From Idiomarina loihiensis L2TR (lineage in GTDB: Bacteria; Pseudomonadota; Gammaproteobacteria; Enterobacterales; Alteromonadaceae): a stretch of DNA of 32,000 nucleotides. The stretch lies in the NCBI RefSeq assembly GCF_000008465.1, contig NC_006512.1, positions 270,001 to 302,000 on the forward strand. Direction: 5' to 3'. The notes below the pieces were generated by a model that was not told the origin of the DNA, did not search any database, and worked only from the letters and a program-made list of their open reading frames with translations. Below, one piece after another: positions 1 to 9,650 of the stretch (its first letter is position 1; each line of letters begins with the position of its first letter). The translations under genes were made by a program, and so were the position numbers.

Positions 1-410
1 GGAACATTTATTTTGGGCAGTTCTTGCCGGGATGCAGGAGCAGGTACCCAGCCCATATTAACAGGAATGTAATTATTGGGTTTGGCGTCAGGGCGAAACA
101 AGGCAATAACCTGATAGCCGACAATGCCATCGGTCATTTTATTATCGAGAAAAAAGACCGGTTGTTTAACAAATTCGCCTTCCATTTTGGCAAAAAGAAA
201 GCGATCAGACTCAGAAGATATTGTTCCTAGCTGAGACAGTGCCGTTGCATCCCCTTTCGATTGTTGCTGTTCGTAATCGGAAAATAGCTTACGTTTTTCT
301 TCTGCGCGCTCTAGTTGCCAAAAACCTAGCTTGACCAACACCGCAATTGCCAGCAGAGTAACTAACGTAGCGATAAGAGGAAAACGTATGTTGGTCTTTT
401 TTAAAATCAT
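1..410 (-). CDS. SURF1-family cytochrome oxidase assembly protein, 5' part only (continues past the left edge)
   Basis: Missing from the supplied ORF track because it is edge-truncated. My minus-strand translation from ATG 410-408 reads MILKKTNIRFPLIATLVTLLAIAVLVKLGFWQLERAEEKRKLFSDYEQQQ...YIPVNMGWVPAPASRQELPKINV. An N-terminal TM helix followed by GFWQLxR, then a later N-x-GWVP segment, is the SURF1/Shy1 pattern as I recall it. An in-frame stop at 429-431 leaves ATG 410 as the only start. It lies next to the cox genes. Confidence 0.7.
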   Translation of the reverse strand, partial: MILKKTNIRFPLIATLVTLLAIAVLVKLGFWQLERAEEKRKLFSDYEQQQSKGDATALSQLGTISSESDRFLFAKMEGEFVKQPVFFLDNKMTDGIVGYQVIALFRPDAKPNNYIPVNMGWVPAPASRQELPKINV

Positions 411-603
411 TATTGTACTGCTGCTTGGTTATATGGTGGTGAATCTGTTCCGCGCATTATTCAGTATGCTGCGCAACGACCCGAATAAACCACCCATGTC
501 CCATTATCTGGGGAAACGGGTGGGAGTGGCCGCCGTTATCCTTGTGATACTGATAGCGGCGACGGTTAGTGGCTTTTTACCTTTAAACCCGCGCCCCTAT
601 TAG
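388..603 (+). CDS. Small two-TM membrane protein, DUF2909-like, associated with the cox cluster
   Basis: Track ORF 331..603 begins at a TTG. The internal ATG 388 is preceded by AAGAGGA (375-381) and gives 71 aa, MLVFFKIIIVLLLGYMVVNLF...VAAVILVILIAATVSGFL. It has two hydrophobic helices separated by a basic, Pro-containing loop. A hairpin terminator follows. The family assignment is from memory of cox-cluster neighbourhoods. Confidence 0.55.
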   Translation: MLVFFKIIIVLLLGYMVVNLFRALFSMLRNDPNKPPMSHYLGKRVGVAAVILVILIAATVSGFLPLNPRPY

Positions 604-618
604 ACGGGGCGTTTTTTT
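591..618 (+). terminator. Rho-independent terminator after the DUF2909-like gene, abutting the convergent coxC stop
   Basis: GC stem CGCCCC (592-597) pairs with GGGGCG (606-611), with an 8-nt loop that contains the TAG stop. It is followed by TTTTTTT (612-618). The T-run overlaps the coxC stop codon (617-619, minus strand). Confidence 0.7.
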
Positions 619-1492
619 AGAGTATGTAAACCACGACGAACAGGCATAACCAAACGACATCAACAAAGTGCCAGTACCAGCTGGTCGCCTGAAAAGCGAA
701 GTGGTTATCTGGTGTAAAATGCCCCTTCAAAACCCTCAGGAACATGATGATAAGCATCACGGTTCCTAAGGTTACGTGCATACCGTGGAACCCGGTGAGC
801 ATATAAAAGGTGTTGCCATAAACACCGGAATCAAGCGTTAGATTTAAATCTTGGTAGGCATGCACATACTCAGCGCCTTGCAGATAGAGGAAAATGCAAC
901 CCAGAATAATGGTAACGCCCAGCATTGCGGTTAGCTGTTTACGTTTATTTTGTTCCAGGCCTGTGTGAGCAAAGTGACAGGTCACTGAACTGGCCAACAA
1001 AATAAGCGTGTTGATAGCCGGCAGACCATACCAACCCATAGCCTGGGTTTCAGTGCCGCCTGGTGTTTTTACCAACGGCCATTGCGCAACAAACTCTGGC
1101 CACAGAACCTCATTGGTCATAGCATTGTTACTGTCTCCTCCCAGCCACTGAACGGCAATAACGCGAGCGTAGAAAAGGGCACCAAAAAAAGCAGCAAAGA
1201 ACATGACTTCGGAGAAAATAAACCAGCTCATACCTTGTTTGTAGGAGTCGCCGAGTTGGTTACTGTATTTACCGCTCATGGATTCGTTGATTTGGTCACG
1301 AAACCAACCAAAGAGCATGACGGCTATAACGACTAAGCCAATGGTCAATACAGTACTGCCATAACCATCCTGCTCTTTGCTCATATCAATAACAGTGTGT
1401 CCAGCGCCCCAGGCAATTAAGCCTAGCCCAACTGCACCAACAATTGGCCAGGGACTGGAAGCAGGAACATAATAACTTTGTTGTTCTGCCAT
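617..1492 (-). CDS. coxC: Cytochrome c oxidase subunit III
   Basis: 291-aa polytopic membrane protein ending ...HFAFQATSWYWHFVDVVWLCLFVVVYIL, the canonical COX3 C-terminal signature. It lies downstream of ctaG, coxA and coxB. Confidence 0.9.
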   Translation of the reverse strand: MAEQQSYYVPASSPWPIVGAVGLGLIAWGAGHTVIDMSKEQDGYGSTVLTIGLVVIAVMLFGWFRDQINESMSGKYSNQLGDSYKQGMSWFIFSEVMFFAAFFGALFYARVIAVQWLGGDSNNAMTNEVLWPEFVAQWPLVKTPGGTETQAMGWYGLPAINTLILLASSVTCHFAHTGLEQNKRKQLTAMLGVTIILGCIFLYLQGAEYVHAYQDLNLTLDSGVYGNTFYMLTGFHGMHVTLGTVMLIIMFLRVLKGHFTPDNHFAFQATSWYWHFVDVVWLCLFVVVYIL

Positions 1493-1504
1493 AACGTCGT
1501 TTCC

Positions 1505-2074
1505 TTATTCTGTTTTTAACAGCTGAGCAATTGCTTCAGCCGACGTATTGGCTGTCATATCGTACAGCGTGTATGACAGGGTAAAGGTCGTAATATGATC
1601 GGGAATGTCCGGGTCCAGATAAAACTGCATTGGCATTTCTGTTTCAGCGCCAGCGGCCAGCGGTTGCTGGTTAAAGCAAAAGCATTCTACTTTGTTCAGG
1701 TAAAGAGAGGCTTCCGCAGGCGCTACAGATGGAATAGCCTGAGCGATCATGTTTGAGGAAGTCGGGTTTCCTGCTAAAAAATTAACTACTTTAACTTCAC
1801 CGGGATGAATCTTGACTTGCTTGATCGATGGCTCAAACTTCCACGGAATACCTTTGGCATTGCGTGTCAGGAATTGCACCGTGACCGTGCGTGATTCATC
1901 CACTTCAACCTGTTGATAAACCGCTGCTTCGTTACTGGTACGACCGTTAAAGCCGGTCACTTCACAAAATACGTCGTAAAGTGGTACCAGGGCGAAGCCG
2001 AATGCGAACATTCCAGCGACTGTCAGTAACAGTCGCTTAACCAGAATGCTGTTGTCGGGACGCTGTTCAGACAT
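1505..2074 (-). CDS. ctaG: Cytochrome c oxidase assembly protein CtaG/Cox11 (copper insertion)
   Basis: 189 aa with a single N-terminal TM helix and the Cox11 copper-binding CFCF motif (VECFCFNQQ). It sits between coxA and coxC. Confidence 0.9.
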   Translation of the reverse strand: MSEQRPDNSILVKRLLLTVAGMFAFGFALVPLYDVFCEVTGFNGRTSNEAAVYQQVEVDESRTVTVQFLTRNAKGIPWKFEPSIKQVKIHPGEVKVVNFLAGNPTSSNMIAQAIPSVAPAEASLYLNKVECFCFNQQPLAAGAETEMPMQFYLDPDIPDHITTFTLSYTLYDMTANTSAEAIAQLLKTE

Positions 2075-2080
2075 GATTTA

Positions 2081-3670
2081 TCACTCCACTTTGGGCGGTT
2101 TTTCAAAGGTGTGATAAGGCGCTGGTGACGGAACTGTCCACTCCAGTCCTTCCGCGCCTTCCCAGGGTTTAGCCGCTGCTTTTTCGCCGCCTTTAACGCA
2201 CTTAATAGCCACCCAAAGGAAAATAAGCTGTGATAGCCCAAAGGCAAAACCACCGATACTTGCTATCTGGTTAATATCAGCAAACTGCGTGGCGTAATCC
2301 GGAATACGTCTTGGCATACCGGCAAGTCCTGCAAAGTGCATAGGGAAGAACAGCACGTTTACGGAAATAAGCGATGTCCAGAAGTGAGTTTTCGCCAGCG
2401 TACTGTCGTACATATGCCCGGTCCACTTAGGTAGCCAGTAATAAGCCGCTGCCATAATAGAGAAAATGGCACCTGTGACCAAAACATAGTGGAAGTGGGC
2501 GACGACGAAGTACGTGTCGTGATACTGGAAGTCAGCGGGAGTTATAGCCAGCATTAAGCCGGAGAAACCACCTATGGTAAACAGGATCACAAACGCCAGC
2601 GCAAACAGCATGGGTGTTTCAAAGGTCATGGAGCCGCGCCACATAGTGGCTACCCAGTTAAAGATCTTCACCCCGGTGGGAACCGCAATGAGCATGGTGC
2701 AGTACATAAAGAACAGCTCAGCAAACACTGGCATACCGGTGGTGAACATATGGTGAGCCCAGACCAGGAAGGACAGTAAGGCAATGGCCGCCGTGGCATA
2801 TACCATGGAGGAGTAGCCGAACAATCGTTTGCGGGCAAAGGCCGGGATAATTGCTGAAATGATACCGAAGGACGGTAAAATCATGATGTAAACTTCCGGA
2901 TGCCCAAAGAACCAGAATATATGCTGGTACATCACTGGGTCACCACCGCCAGCGGCGTCAAAGAAACTCGTACCGAAGTATTTGTCGGTAAGCAACATGG
3001 TAACGGCACCCGCCAGTACTGGCATTACGGCAATAAGCAGAAAAGCCGTAATAAACCAGGTCCAGACGAACAATGGCATTTTCATGTAATTCATGCCCGG
3101 TGCGCGCATGTTCATAATAGTAACGATGACGTTAATAGCGCTCATAATGGATGAAATACCCATAATGTGTACTGAAAATACGAACAATGCCGTTGAATCC
3201 GAGCTGTAAGTTGTTGAAAGCGGTGCGTAAGCTGTCCAGCCAAATGCCGGGCCTCCACCTTCCATAAACAAAGAACCCAATAAAATCATGAAAGCAAAAG
3301 GTAAAATCCAGAAACTCCAGTTATTCATCCGGGGCAGCGCCATATCTGGTGCGCCAATCATCATGGGGATCATCCAGTTAGCCAAACCCGTAAAAGCAGG
3401 CATAACTGCGCCGAAAATCATAACCAGACCATGTACTGTGGTCATTTGATTAAAGAATTGTGGCTCAACAAGCTGCAGCCCAGGTTGGAACAGCTCGGCG
3501 CGGATGACCATCGCCATAGCACCGCCCACCAAAAACATGGTGAAACTTAGCCATAGGTACATTGAACCAATATCTTTATGGTTAGTTGTAAATAGCCAGC
3601 GACCAATACCAGACGGCTTATGATCGTGGTGTGTATCGTGATGTGTTTCTTCCACTACAGTGCTCATCAC
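2081..3670 (-). CDS. coxA: Cytochrome c oxidase subunit I (heme-copper oxidase)
   Basis: 529 aa with the hallmark motifs WFFGHPEVY, WAHHMFTTG and VVAHFHYV. About 12 TM helices. Confidence 0.95.
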   Translation of the reverse strand: MMSTVVEETHHDTHHDHKPSGIGRWLFTTNHKDIGSMYLWLSFTMFLVGGAMAMVIRAELFQPGLQLVEPQFFNQMTTVHGLVMIFGAVMPAFTGLANWMIPMMIGAPDMALPRMNNWSFWILPFAFMILLGSLFMEGGGPAFGWTAYAPLSTTYSSDSTALFVFSVHIMGISSIMSAINVIVTIMNMRAPGMNYMKMPLFVWTWFITAFLLIAVMPVLAGAVTMLLTDKYFGTSFFDAAGGGDPVMYQHIFWFFGHPEVYIMILPSFGIISAIIPAFARKRLFGYSSMVYATAAIALLSFLVWAHHMFTTGMPVFAELFFMYCTMLIAVPTGVKIFNWVATMWRGSMTFETPMLFALAFVILFTIGGFSGLMLAITPADFQYHDTYFVVAHFHYVLVTGAIFSIMAAAYYWLPKWTGHMYDSTLAKTHFWTSLISVNVLFFPMHFAGLAGMPRRIPDYATQFADINQIASIGGFAFGLSQLIFLWVAIKCVKGGEKAAAKPWEGAEGLEWTVPSPAPYHTFEKPPKVE

Positions 3671-3677
3671 CGTCTCC

Positions 3678-4805
3678 TTATTGATTCATGACTTCGTTAA
3701 TATCGGCGGCCTGAATCAGGTCTCCGGTATCGTTACCCCAGGCATTACGCTCATAGGTGATAACCGCGGCTAATTCGCGCATGGAAAGCTGACTTCCAAA
3801 GGCTTGCATAGCCGTGCCGGTAACGCCGTTAACGACGGTGTCGATGTGTTTATCTTTGGCTTCAGGATCCACTGCGATACCGGAACCCGCAAGTGCAGGG
3901 AAGGTGCCGTCAACGCCTTGACCGTTAGCCTGGTGACAAGCAGAGCAGGTACTGTTGTAAATTTTTTCACCGAGATCCATGAGTTCGTCTTCTGACATTT
4001 CCATGGCAAGCAATTCTTGTTCACGTTCCCGTGCCTTGCGTTGCTCTTCCTCTTTCTCAGTAATCCACTTTTCGTATTCAGCTGGTTCTTTAGCTATAAC
4101 AACGACGGGCATAAAACCATGATCTTTACCGCAAAGCTCTGCGCACTGACCCCGATAAATACCCGGTTCATCGACCCTGGTCCAGGTTTCGTTAATAAAG
4201 CCCGGGTTAGCGTCTTTTTTTACGGCAAAGTCAGGAACCCACCAGCTGTGAATAACATCGTCCGATGTAACCAAAAAACGTACCTTCCTGTCAGTCGGAA
4301 TAACCAGGGGACGGTCCACCTCCAGCAAGTAGTTCTCGCCTTTTTCAAACTGATTATTAATTTGCTCCTGCTGAGTGGCTAAACGACTAAAGTATTCAAC
4401 ATCGTTTTCAAAGTATTTGTAATGCCATTTCCACTGCGACCCAGTTATCTGAACCGTCACGTCTGCATCTGCCGTGTCTTCCATGGCAATGAGTGTGGTT
4501 GTTGCCGGCACAGCCATGCCTGCGAGAATAAGTAGAGGCACTATAGTCCAGGCAATTTCTACTTTGACGTTTTCGTGGAAATTTGCAGGTTTAGGGTTTT
4601 TCGACTTCCGATGGCGGATTATCGAAATGAACATGAGACCAAATACAATCGCACCAATGACACAGCAGATGTAAAAGATAATCATATGGAGATCGTAAAC
4701 TTGGTTACTCACTTCAGTGACACCTTGGGTCATATTGAGACGCGACTGAGCAACAGCCGGTAGACTCGTTAGCGCCAATAGTGCCCACAAAGGCTTCATT
4801 TTCAC
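3678..4805 (-). CDS. coxB: Cytochrome c oxidase subunit II with a C-terminal fused cytochrome c domain
   Basis: CuA centre motif CAELCGKDHGFM and a C-terminal heme-c site CSACH. It has a signal peptide (MKPLWALLALTSLPAVA) and two TM helices. The start is ambiguous. The track uses TTG 4829. GTG 4805 lies 6 nt after AAGAGGAGA, and ATG 4799 is also possible. Confidence 0.9.
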   Translation of the reverse strand: MKMKPLWALLALTSLPAVAQSRLNMTQGVTEVSNQVYDLHMIIFYICCVIGAIVFGLMFISIIRHRKSKNPKPANFHENVKVEIAWTIVPLLILAGMAVPATTTLIAMEDTADADVTVQITGSQWKWHYKYFENDVEYFSRLATQQEQINNQFEKGENYLLEVDRPLVIPTDRKVRFLVTSDDVIHSWWVPDFAVKKDANPGFINETWTRVDEPGIYRGQCAELCGKDHGFMPVVVIAKEPAEYEKWITEKEEEQRKAREREQELLAMEMSEDELMDLGEKIYNSTCSACHQANGQGVDGTFPALAGSGIAVDPEAKDKHIDTVVNGVTGTAMQAFGSQLSMRELAAVITYERNAWGNDTGDLIQAADINEVMNQ

Positions 4806-5049
4806 GTGGCTTCTCCTCTTATTCTTCAATGAGACAGCAAAGCAAGTTTTGCTAGCCTGAATTAGAAGAACAAAGAGGTAAGCAGAAAAAGGTACAGCTT
4901 CTCCCCAGAAATCGCTTTCTCTACTGACTCTTTGTTGTAGTTATCGTTATTATATTATTTTTATAATCGGGTACTGCATTTATTAACGAATTTACAACCA
5001 AAGATCCAGATCAAATCACGCGAACGAACAAAAAATAAGCGGATCTGTT

Positions 5050-5073
5050 AAAAAAAGGCTGCGAAAGCAGCCT
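5050..5073 (-). terminator. Rho-independent terminator downstream of sulA
   Basis: Plus-strand sequence is AAAAAAAGGCTGC-GAAA-GCAGCCT. On the minus strand this is a 7-bp stem with a GNRA-like tetraloop followed by a U-run. It lies about 30 nt after the sulA stop. Confidence 0.75.
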
Positions 5074-5104
5074 TGGGGAAGAAAACACACTAACAAAGGT
5101 GGGG

Positions 5105-5542
5105 TTAGTGCAGGTGGGATGTCAGTGTGTTTTTATCAAACAGGAAATATTGTGTTTCACTTAATTTACTGGCCATTTTTGCACGCTGCCAGGTACGGCT
5201 GGAAACCGAATCGAGATAACCGATAACCATACTACTGGTACCTGCTAGTAAAGCCTGTTCCAGCGCCCATTCACAACGTTCGACAGAATGACTGCGTAAC
5301 CAGCGGATTTGAGATTCAGCTACGCCACAGGCAATAAGTTGCTGAATGACGTTTTTATCGCCACCAATAACTGTTATCCACTGGCTCGGTTTTTGTTGCA
5401 AAGCCCGCTGTACAACCGGAGACAGGCTATCGACGTCAAATGAATCCTGACTGCGTTTCGCGTCTACAGGGAAAGGCGACACCGGCGCTTCGGCAGTCCA
5501 CAAACCCGGGTGATGTAGTTTTTGCTGATATTGAGTTTTCAT
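5105..5542 (-). CDS. sulA: SOS cell-division inhibitor SulA-like protein
   Basis: 145 aa. Its ATG overlaps the lexA stop (ATGA), the lexA-sulA operon layout known in Pseudomonas and relatives. The C-terminal part (WITVIGG...RWLRSHS...[20 protein letters not shown]) fits the SulA pattern. Confidence 0.7.
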   Translation of the reverse strand: MKTQYQQKLHHPGLWTAEAPVSPFPVDAKRSQDSFDVDSLSPVVQRALQQKPSQWITVIGGDKNVIQQLIACGVAESQIRWLRSHSVERCEWALEQALLAGTSSMVIGYLDSVSSRTWQRAKMASKLSETQYFLFDKNTLTSHLH

Positions 5543-6156
5543 AAGGTCGCTCCGTTTCTGATCACACCCACCGCAAGCCCTTCAATGGCAAAAACTTGCT
5601 CGGCAAGGTTGACAGTAATGGTAGAGAAATCTTCATTTTCAGGATGAAGCAAAATAGTTTTTCCGCGCTGTTCAAAACGCTTTACAGTGACTTCGTCTTC
5701 AACTCGTGCAACGACTATTTGTCCGTTACGTGCTTGTTCGGTTTTATGTACAGCCAGTAAGTCACCGTCTAAAATGCCAATGTCTCTCATGCTCATACCG
5801 TTTACTTTAAGTAAGAAACTGGCGGCTGGATGAAACAGTGATTCGTCAATTTTGTAATGGCCTTCAACGTGTTGTTCAGCCAATAAAGGTTCACCTGCTG
5901 CAACCTGGCCGATTAACGGCAGGCCATCGGCGATATCGTAGTCATCGCCGACAAGGCGAATACCGCGCGACATGCCGGGGAGTATTTCGATAACGCCTTT
6001 ACGGGCCAGCGCTTTCAGGTGCTCCTCCGCAGAGTTGGCAGAGCGGAAACCCAGCTTATGGGCAATTTCGGCACGGGTCGGCGGCATACCGGTTGCGTGC
6101 AGATTATCCTTAATAAGCTCAAGAATTTCAGATTGTCTTGGTGTTAACGGGCGCAT
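5539..6156 (-). CDS. lexA: LexA repressor (SOS regulon)
   Basis: From the internal Met ([19 protein letters not shown]...) the protein is 205 aa. It has a winged-helix N-terminus, an AG cleavage-site region (VAAGEPLLA), and the S24 peptidase Ser and Lys (GMSMRD ... VKRF). The 53 codons the track adds upstream cover the SOS boxes and are not coding. Confidence 0.95.
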   Translation of the reverse strand: MRPLTPRQSEILELIKDNLHATGMPPTRAEIAHKLGFRSANSAEEHLKALARKGVIEILPGMSRGIRLVGDDYDIADGLPLIGQVAAGEPLLAEQHVEGHYKIDESLFHPAASFLLKVNGMSMRDIGILDGDLLAVHKTEQARNGQIVVARVEDEVTVKRFEQRGKTILLHPENEDFSTITVNLAEQVFAIEGLAVGVIRNGATL

Positions 6157-6163
6157 AATGTAC

Positions 6164-6179
6164 CTGTTTATTTGTACAG
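6164..6179. promoter_or_regulatory. LexA (SOS) box, proximal to lexA
   Basis: CTGTTTATTTGTACAG has the CTGT-N8-ACAG form. It lies 8 nt upstream of the lexA ATG. Confidence 0.8.
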
Positions 6180-6184
6180 TGATA

Positions 6185-6200
6185 CTGTGAGTATATACAG
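6185..6200. promoter_or_regulatory. LexA (SOS) box, distal
   Basis: CTGTGAGTATATACAG has the CTGT-N8-ACAG form and lies 5 nt from the proximal box. Tandem boxes upstream of lexA match the known E. coli autoregulation layout. Confidence 0.8.
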
Positions 6201-6287
6201 GTAAATTGATTTCGCAAGTAATTTCTTGAACGACATTTTTACACGAAGTTGGTATCCTGTATTTCTGTTTAAAACAGAGGTCTCTAT

Positions 6288-8810
6288 ATGAAAGGAATAA
6301 GCCGCTTTTTCCCAATTTTTAAATACCCGTTACGCTGGTTAACGCGCTTTCAGGAAATTTGGGATGGCACTGAAGAAGAGCATTCAGCAACTGTTGGCAA
6401 GCCAATTGTTTATGTAATGCGTTCAACCTCTAAAGCGGATCTATCAATTTTACAGCGGGCGGCGCACAAGCGTGGCTTGCCAGACCCTGTCGACCCTCTT
6501 GTGGTTAATGGTAAAACCTATAACCGAATCATGTATCTGGAAGAATTGGCGAATGAGGTCTCGGATCAAACGGTGTCCGAATTTCACCAGTTATTAACCC
6601 TGCACAAAGACCAGCCGGAGCTGGATGTTCAACTGATACCTGCGGGCGTATTCTGGGGCCGCCAGGCCGGAGAAGAAGCGCATGCCGGTAATACTATGAC
6701 CGGTGACTTAGATAATCCGGGCCATTGGCGTAAATTCTGGCTGGTAATTTTTTCTGGTCGACAAGTGTTACTGCGTTTCTCTCGTTCGGTGAGCCTGGGC
6801 ACTATGGCGCGTGACCACGGCACCGATATGCGTATTGCGCACAAATTGGCGCGGGTAGCGCGAGTTCACTTCGTCCGTATGCGCCATGCTGTTGCCGGCC
6901 CTAAACTAAGTCAGCGCAAAGAGCTGATGTCAGCACTCATTAATACCCCGGCGCTAAAAAAAGCGGTATCGGATGAAGCCAGAGGTAAGAAGATTAGTGA
7001 AGAAGCCGCCCGCAAGCGCGCTTTATCTTATATCGATGAAATAGCCGCCAACTATAATTCAACACTTATCCGGGTGTTAGATCGTTTTATGACCTGGATG
7101 TGGAACCGGATTTACAACGGCATTCATGTAAAAGGCGGGGATACGATTCGACGACTGGCGCAACAAGGACACGAAGTTATCTATGTGCCTTGTCATCGCA
7201 GCCATATGGACTACTTGCTGCTCAGCTATGTTATTTATAAAGAAGGCCTTGTGCCGCCGCATATCGCGGCTGGCGTGAACCTTAACTTTTTCCCTGTTGG
7301 TGGCATTTTCCGCCGTGGCGGCGCGTTCTTTATTCGCCGCAGCTTCCGGGGTAACAAACTGTATTCAGCGGTTTTTCGCGAATATTTGTGCTGGTTGTTC
7401 CAGAAGGGTTACCCGGTGGAATACTTCAGTGAAGGCGGCCGCTCCAGAACCGGCCGCTTATTACCGCCTAAAACCGGCATGCTGGCAATGACCGTGCAGG
7501 GCATGTTGCGGGACCAGCAACGCCCAGTATCGCTGGTGCCAGTGTACCTTGGTTACGAGCATATTATGGAAGTGGCTACTTACCTGAAAGAGCTTAAAGG
7601 TAAGGACAAAGAAAAAGAGTCGGTTTTTCAAATTCTGAAAACCGTGGCCAAGCTGCGCAATTTTGGCCAGGGCTTTGTGACTTTCGGTCAGCCTATTAAT
7701 TTAAAACACCATTTGGACAAAGTGGCGCCTAACTGGCATGAGTCGGTCACGCGAGGGGCACAGGAACCGGAACGCCCGGGCTGGTTGAACCCGGTGGTAG
7801 GTGGTTTAGCCGAGCAAGTTATGCAGGGCATTAACGATTCAGCGGCGGCAAACAGCGTTAACCTTACCGCATTGGCGCTACTGAGTTCAGAGCACCACGC
7901 GCTGATGAAAGAAGAGTTGTTGGCTCAACTGGAGGTTTATCTGGGCGTGCTGCGCGAAGTGCCATACAGCAATATGATGAGCGTGCCGGAGGAGACACCG
8001 GAAGAGCTTTGGCAACAGGCACTGCGCACCGACAAATTTACGGTTGATAGCGACACCATGGGTGAAGTCGTGTCGCTGGAGCGCATGACAGCCATAGCAA
8101 TGACGTATTACCGGAATAACATTCTTCATTTGATGGTCGTTCCCGGTATTGTTGCGTCAATTATCATGGCTAAGAAGAAAGTCAGCGTGGCCGAAATTGG
8201 GGCGCGGACGCAGGCAATTTATCCGTCGTTAAAAGCCGAGCTCTATTTGAGTCATAATGTTGAAGACTTACCGCTCTGGACGGAAGCTCTTGCTGAAGAG
8301 TTGGCGCGACAAAAGCTAATTACTCTGGAAGACGGTGTTTGCACCATAGCGCAACGGGAAAGTGCGCAGTGGTATCGGCTGAGGTTATTGGCCAACAGTG
8401 CCAGCGAAACCTTGCAGCGTTATTGTATTGTACTTGAGTTGCTGCAACAGGCGCAGCCTATTATGCGGGCAGATCTCGAAAAGCAATCTATTACCCTGGC
8501 CGAACGCTTAAGTTCAATTCACGGTATTGACGCCCCGGAATTTTACGATAAGAAAGTTATGTCGACGCTGATTGCCAGTTTAAAACAGCAAGGTCTGGTA
8601 GAAATTAATGACGACGGCCAGCAAATTGCTGCCGAGCCGGTGGGCGAGCTCAGCGATCAGGTCGATGAGCTCATTGACGGCCCTGTGCTACAAACCATTC
8701 GTCAGTCGGTTGAGCAGTTTGTTCAGCAGCTAAAAGAGCAGGCAGAACATGAACAAAAAGAAGCACCCAAAGAAGAGCAAAAGCCGACTGAGAGTAATCA
8801 GAACCAGTAA
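6288..8810 (+). CDS. plsB: Glycerol-3-phosphate 1-O-acyltransferase
   Basis: 840 aa with the acyltransferase HX4D motif ([13 protein letters not shown]) and [15 protein letters not shown] blocks. AGAGG lies 8 nt before the ATG. Sitting next to ubiCA and lexA matches E. coli synteny. The C-terminus has a K/E/Q-rich tail. Confidence 0.95.
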   Translation: MKGISRFFPIFKYPLRWLTRFQEIWDGTEEEHSATVGKPIVYVMRSTSKADLSILQRAAHKRGLPDPVDPLVVNGKTYNRIMYLEELANEVSDQTVSEFHQLLTLHKDQPELDVQLIPAGVFWGRQAGEEAHAGNTMTGDLDNPGHWRKFWLVIFSGRQVLLRFSRSVSLGTMARDHGTDMRIAHKLARVARVHFVRMRHAVAGPKLSQRKELMSALINTPALKKAVSDEARGKKISEEAARKRALSYIDEIAANYNSTLIRVLDRFMTWMWNRIYNGIHVKGGDTIRRLAQQGHEVIYVPCHRSHMDYLLLSYVIYKEGLVPPHIAAGVNLNFFPVGGIFRRGGAFFIRRSFRGNKLYSAVFREYLCWLFQKGYPVEYFSEGGRSRTGRLLPPKTGMLAMTVQGMLRDQQRPVSLVPVYLGYEHIMEVATYLKELKGKDKEKESVFQILKTVAKLRNFGQGFVTFGQPINLKHHLDKVAPNWHESVTRGAQEPERPGWLNPVVGGLAEQVMQGINDSAAANSVNLTALALLSSEHHALMKEELLAQLEVYLGVLREVPYSNMMSVPEETPEELWQQALRTDKFTVDSDTMGEVVSLERMTAIAMTYYRNNILHLMVVPGIVASIIMAKKKVSVAEIGARTQAIYPSLKAELYLSHNVEDLPLWTEALAEELARQKLITLEDGVCTIAQRESAQWYRLRLLANSASETLQRYCIVLELLQQAQPIMRADLEKQSITLAERLSSIHGIDAPEFYDKKVMSTLIASLKQQGLVEINDDGQQIAAEPVGELSDQVDELIDGPVLQTIRQSVEQFVQQLKEQAEHEQKEAPKEEQKPTESNQNQ

Positions 8811-9649
8811 TGCACGGCTAAGCCAATAGCGAATACCATGCCAATATAATGGTTATGCAGAAAAGCCTGGAAGCACTTTCCGGGCTCTCTGTGCCGTATT
8901 AACCAGTGCTGGTAAGCAAACAACAGAAAAATAGCCGCTAATGCCAGCCACACCCAAAGTTCAACGGTAATTAAGTGCAATATCCAGCCCAATAAGGCCA
9001 GAGTCGCGAGTTGCAACAGGCCAATAGCCAGACGGTCGAAGCGGCCAAACAAAATTGCCGTGCTCTGCAGGCCTATCTTTAAGTCGTCTTCGCGGTCCGC
9101 CATGGCGTATTCGGTATCGTAGGCGACCGTCCAGAGAATATTGGCAAGAAATAGTAAGCCAGCAATAAACCATTGGTCAGACTCTAGTGCGGTAAAGGCC
9201 ATGGGAATGCCGAAACTAAAGGCGATGCCCAGCACTATTTGTGGCAAATGCGTCCAGCGTTTACAAAACGGGTAAAGTGCCGCTACGCCGGCAGCGAAAA
9301 AGCTGAGCATGACCGTTTCAGTGTTCAGCTGCATAACCAACCCGAAGGCAATGGCTAACAGCGCGATGAAGCCTATCATTGCTTCAGTTGCCGATATTCT
9401 TCCCGCCGGGATAGGACGCTGACGGGTGCGGCGTACGTGACCGTCATAATTGCGGTCGGCAAAGTCGTTAATAACACAACCGGCAGAGCGCATGACAAAA
9501 GTACCGAGCAAAAATATGACAACTATACGCAGGGGCGGCTCGCCGGCTCCGGCTATCATGAGTGCCCATATAGTTGGCCAGGCAAGTAGATAGGTACCAA
9601 TGGGTCTGTCCGCACGCATTAACTGCCAAAAAGCGACTAACTTTTGCAT
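8798..9649 (-). CDS. ubiA: 4-hydroxybenzoate polyprenyltransferase
   Basis: UbiA prenyltransferase motifs NDFADRNYD and YDTEYAMADREDD, polytopic. I start at MQKLVAFWQLMRADRPIGT (ATG 9649), 1 nt after the ubiC stop. The 19 extra codons in the track would overlap ubiC. Confidence 0.9.
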   Translation of the reverse strand: MQKLVAFWQLMRADRPIGTYLLAWPTIWALMIAGAGEPPLRIVVIFLLGTFVMRSAGCVINDFADRNYDGHVRRTRQRPIPAGRISATEAMIGFIALLAIAFGLVMQLNTETVMLSFFAAGVAALYPFCKRWTHLPQIVLGIAFSFGIPMAFTALESDQWFIAGLLFLANILWTVAYDTEYAMADREDDLKIGLQSTAILFGRFDRLAIGLLQLATLALLGWILHLITVELWVWLALAAIFLLFAYQHWLIRHREPGKCFQAFLHNHYIGMVFAIGLAVHYWF

Positions 9650-9650
9650 A

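Noticed and set aside
331-387. TTG-initiated 19-codon N-terminal extension of the DUF2909-like ORF
   Set aside because: The strong SD AAGAGGA lies inside the extension, directly upstream of ATG 388. The extension would also deepen the overlap with SURF1.
1082-4763. Track ORFs antisense to or overlapping the cox genes (1082..1336, 2023..2253, 2574..2756, 2900..3154, 3770..4024, 3804..3995, 4017..4382, 4474..4674, 4575..4763)
   Set aside because: All lie entirely within strongly recognisable cox genes, on the opposite strand or in another frame. Their products look like low-complexity shadow ORFs, and none has an SD.
6157-6315. 53-codon N-terminal extension of lexA in the track (start 6315)
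   Set aside because: LexA homology begins at MRPLTPRQ (ATG 6156). The extension runs through both SOS boxes and into the plsB start.
8720-8810. Lys/Glu/Gln-rich C-terminal tails on PlsB, with similar tails on CoaD and Tex
   Set aside because: These are probably lineage-specific disordered extensions. There is no evidence of frameshift or gene fusion, and they are not informative on their own.
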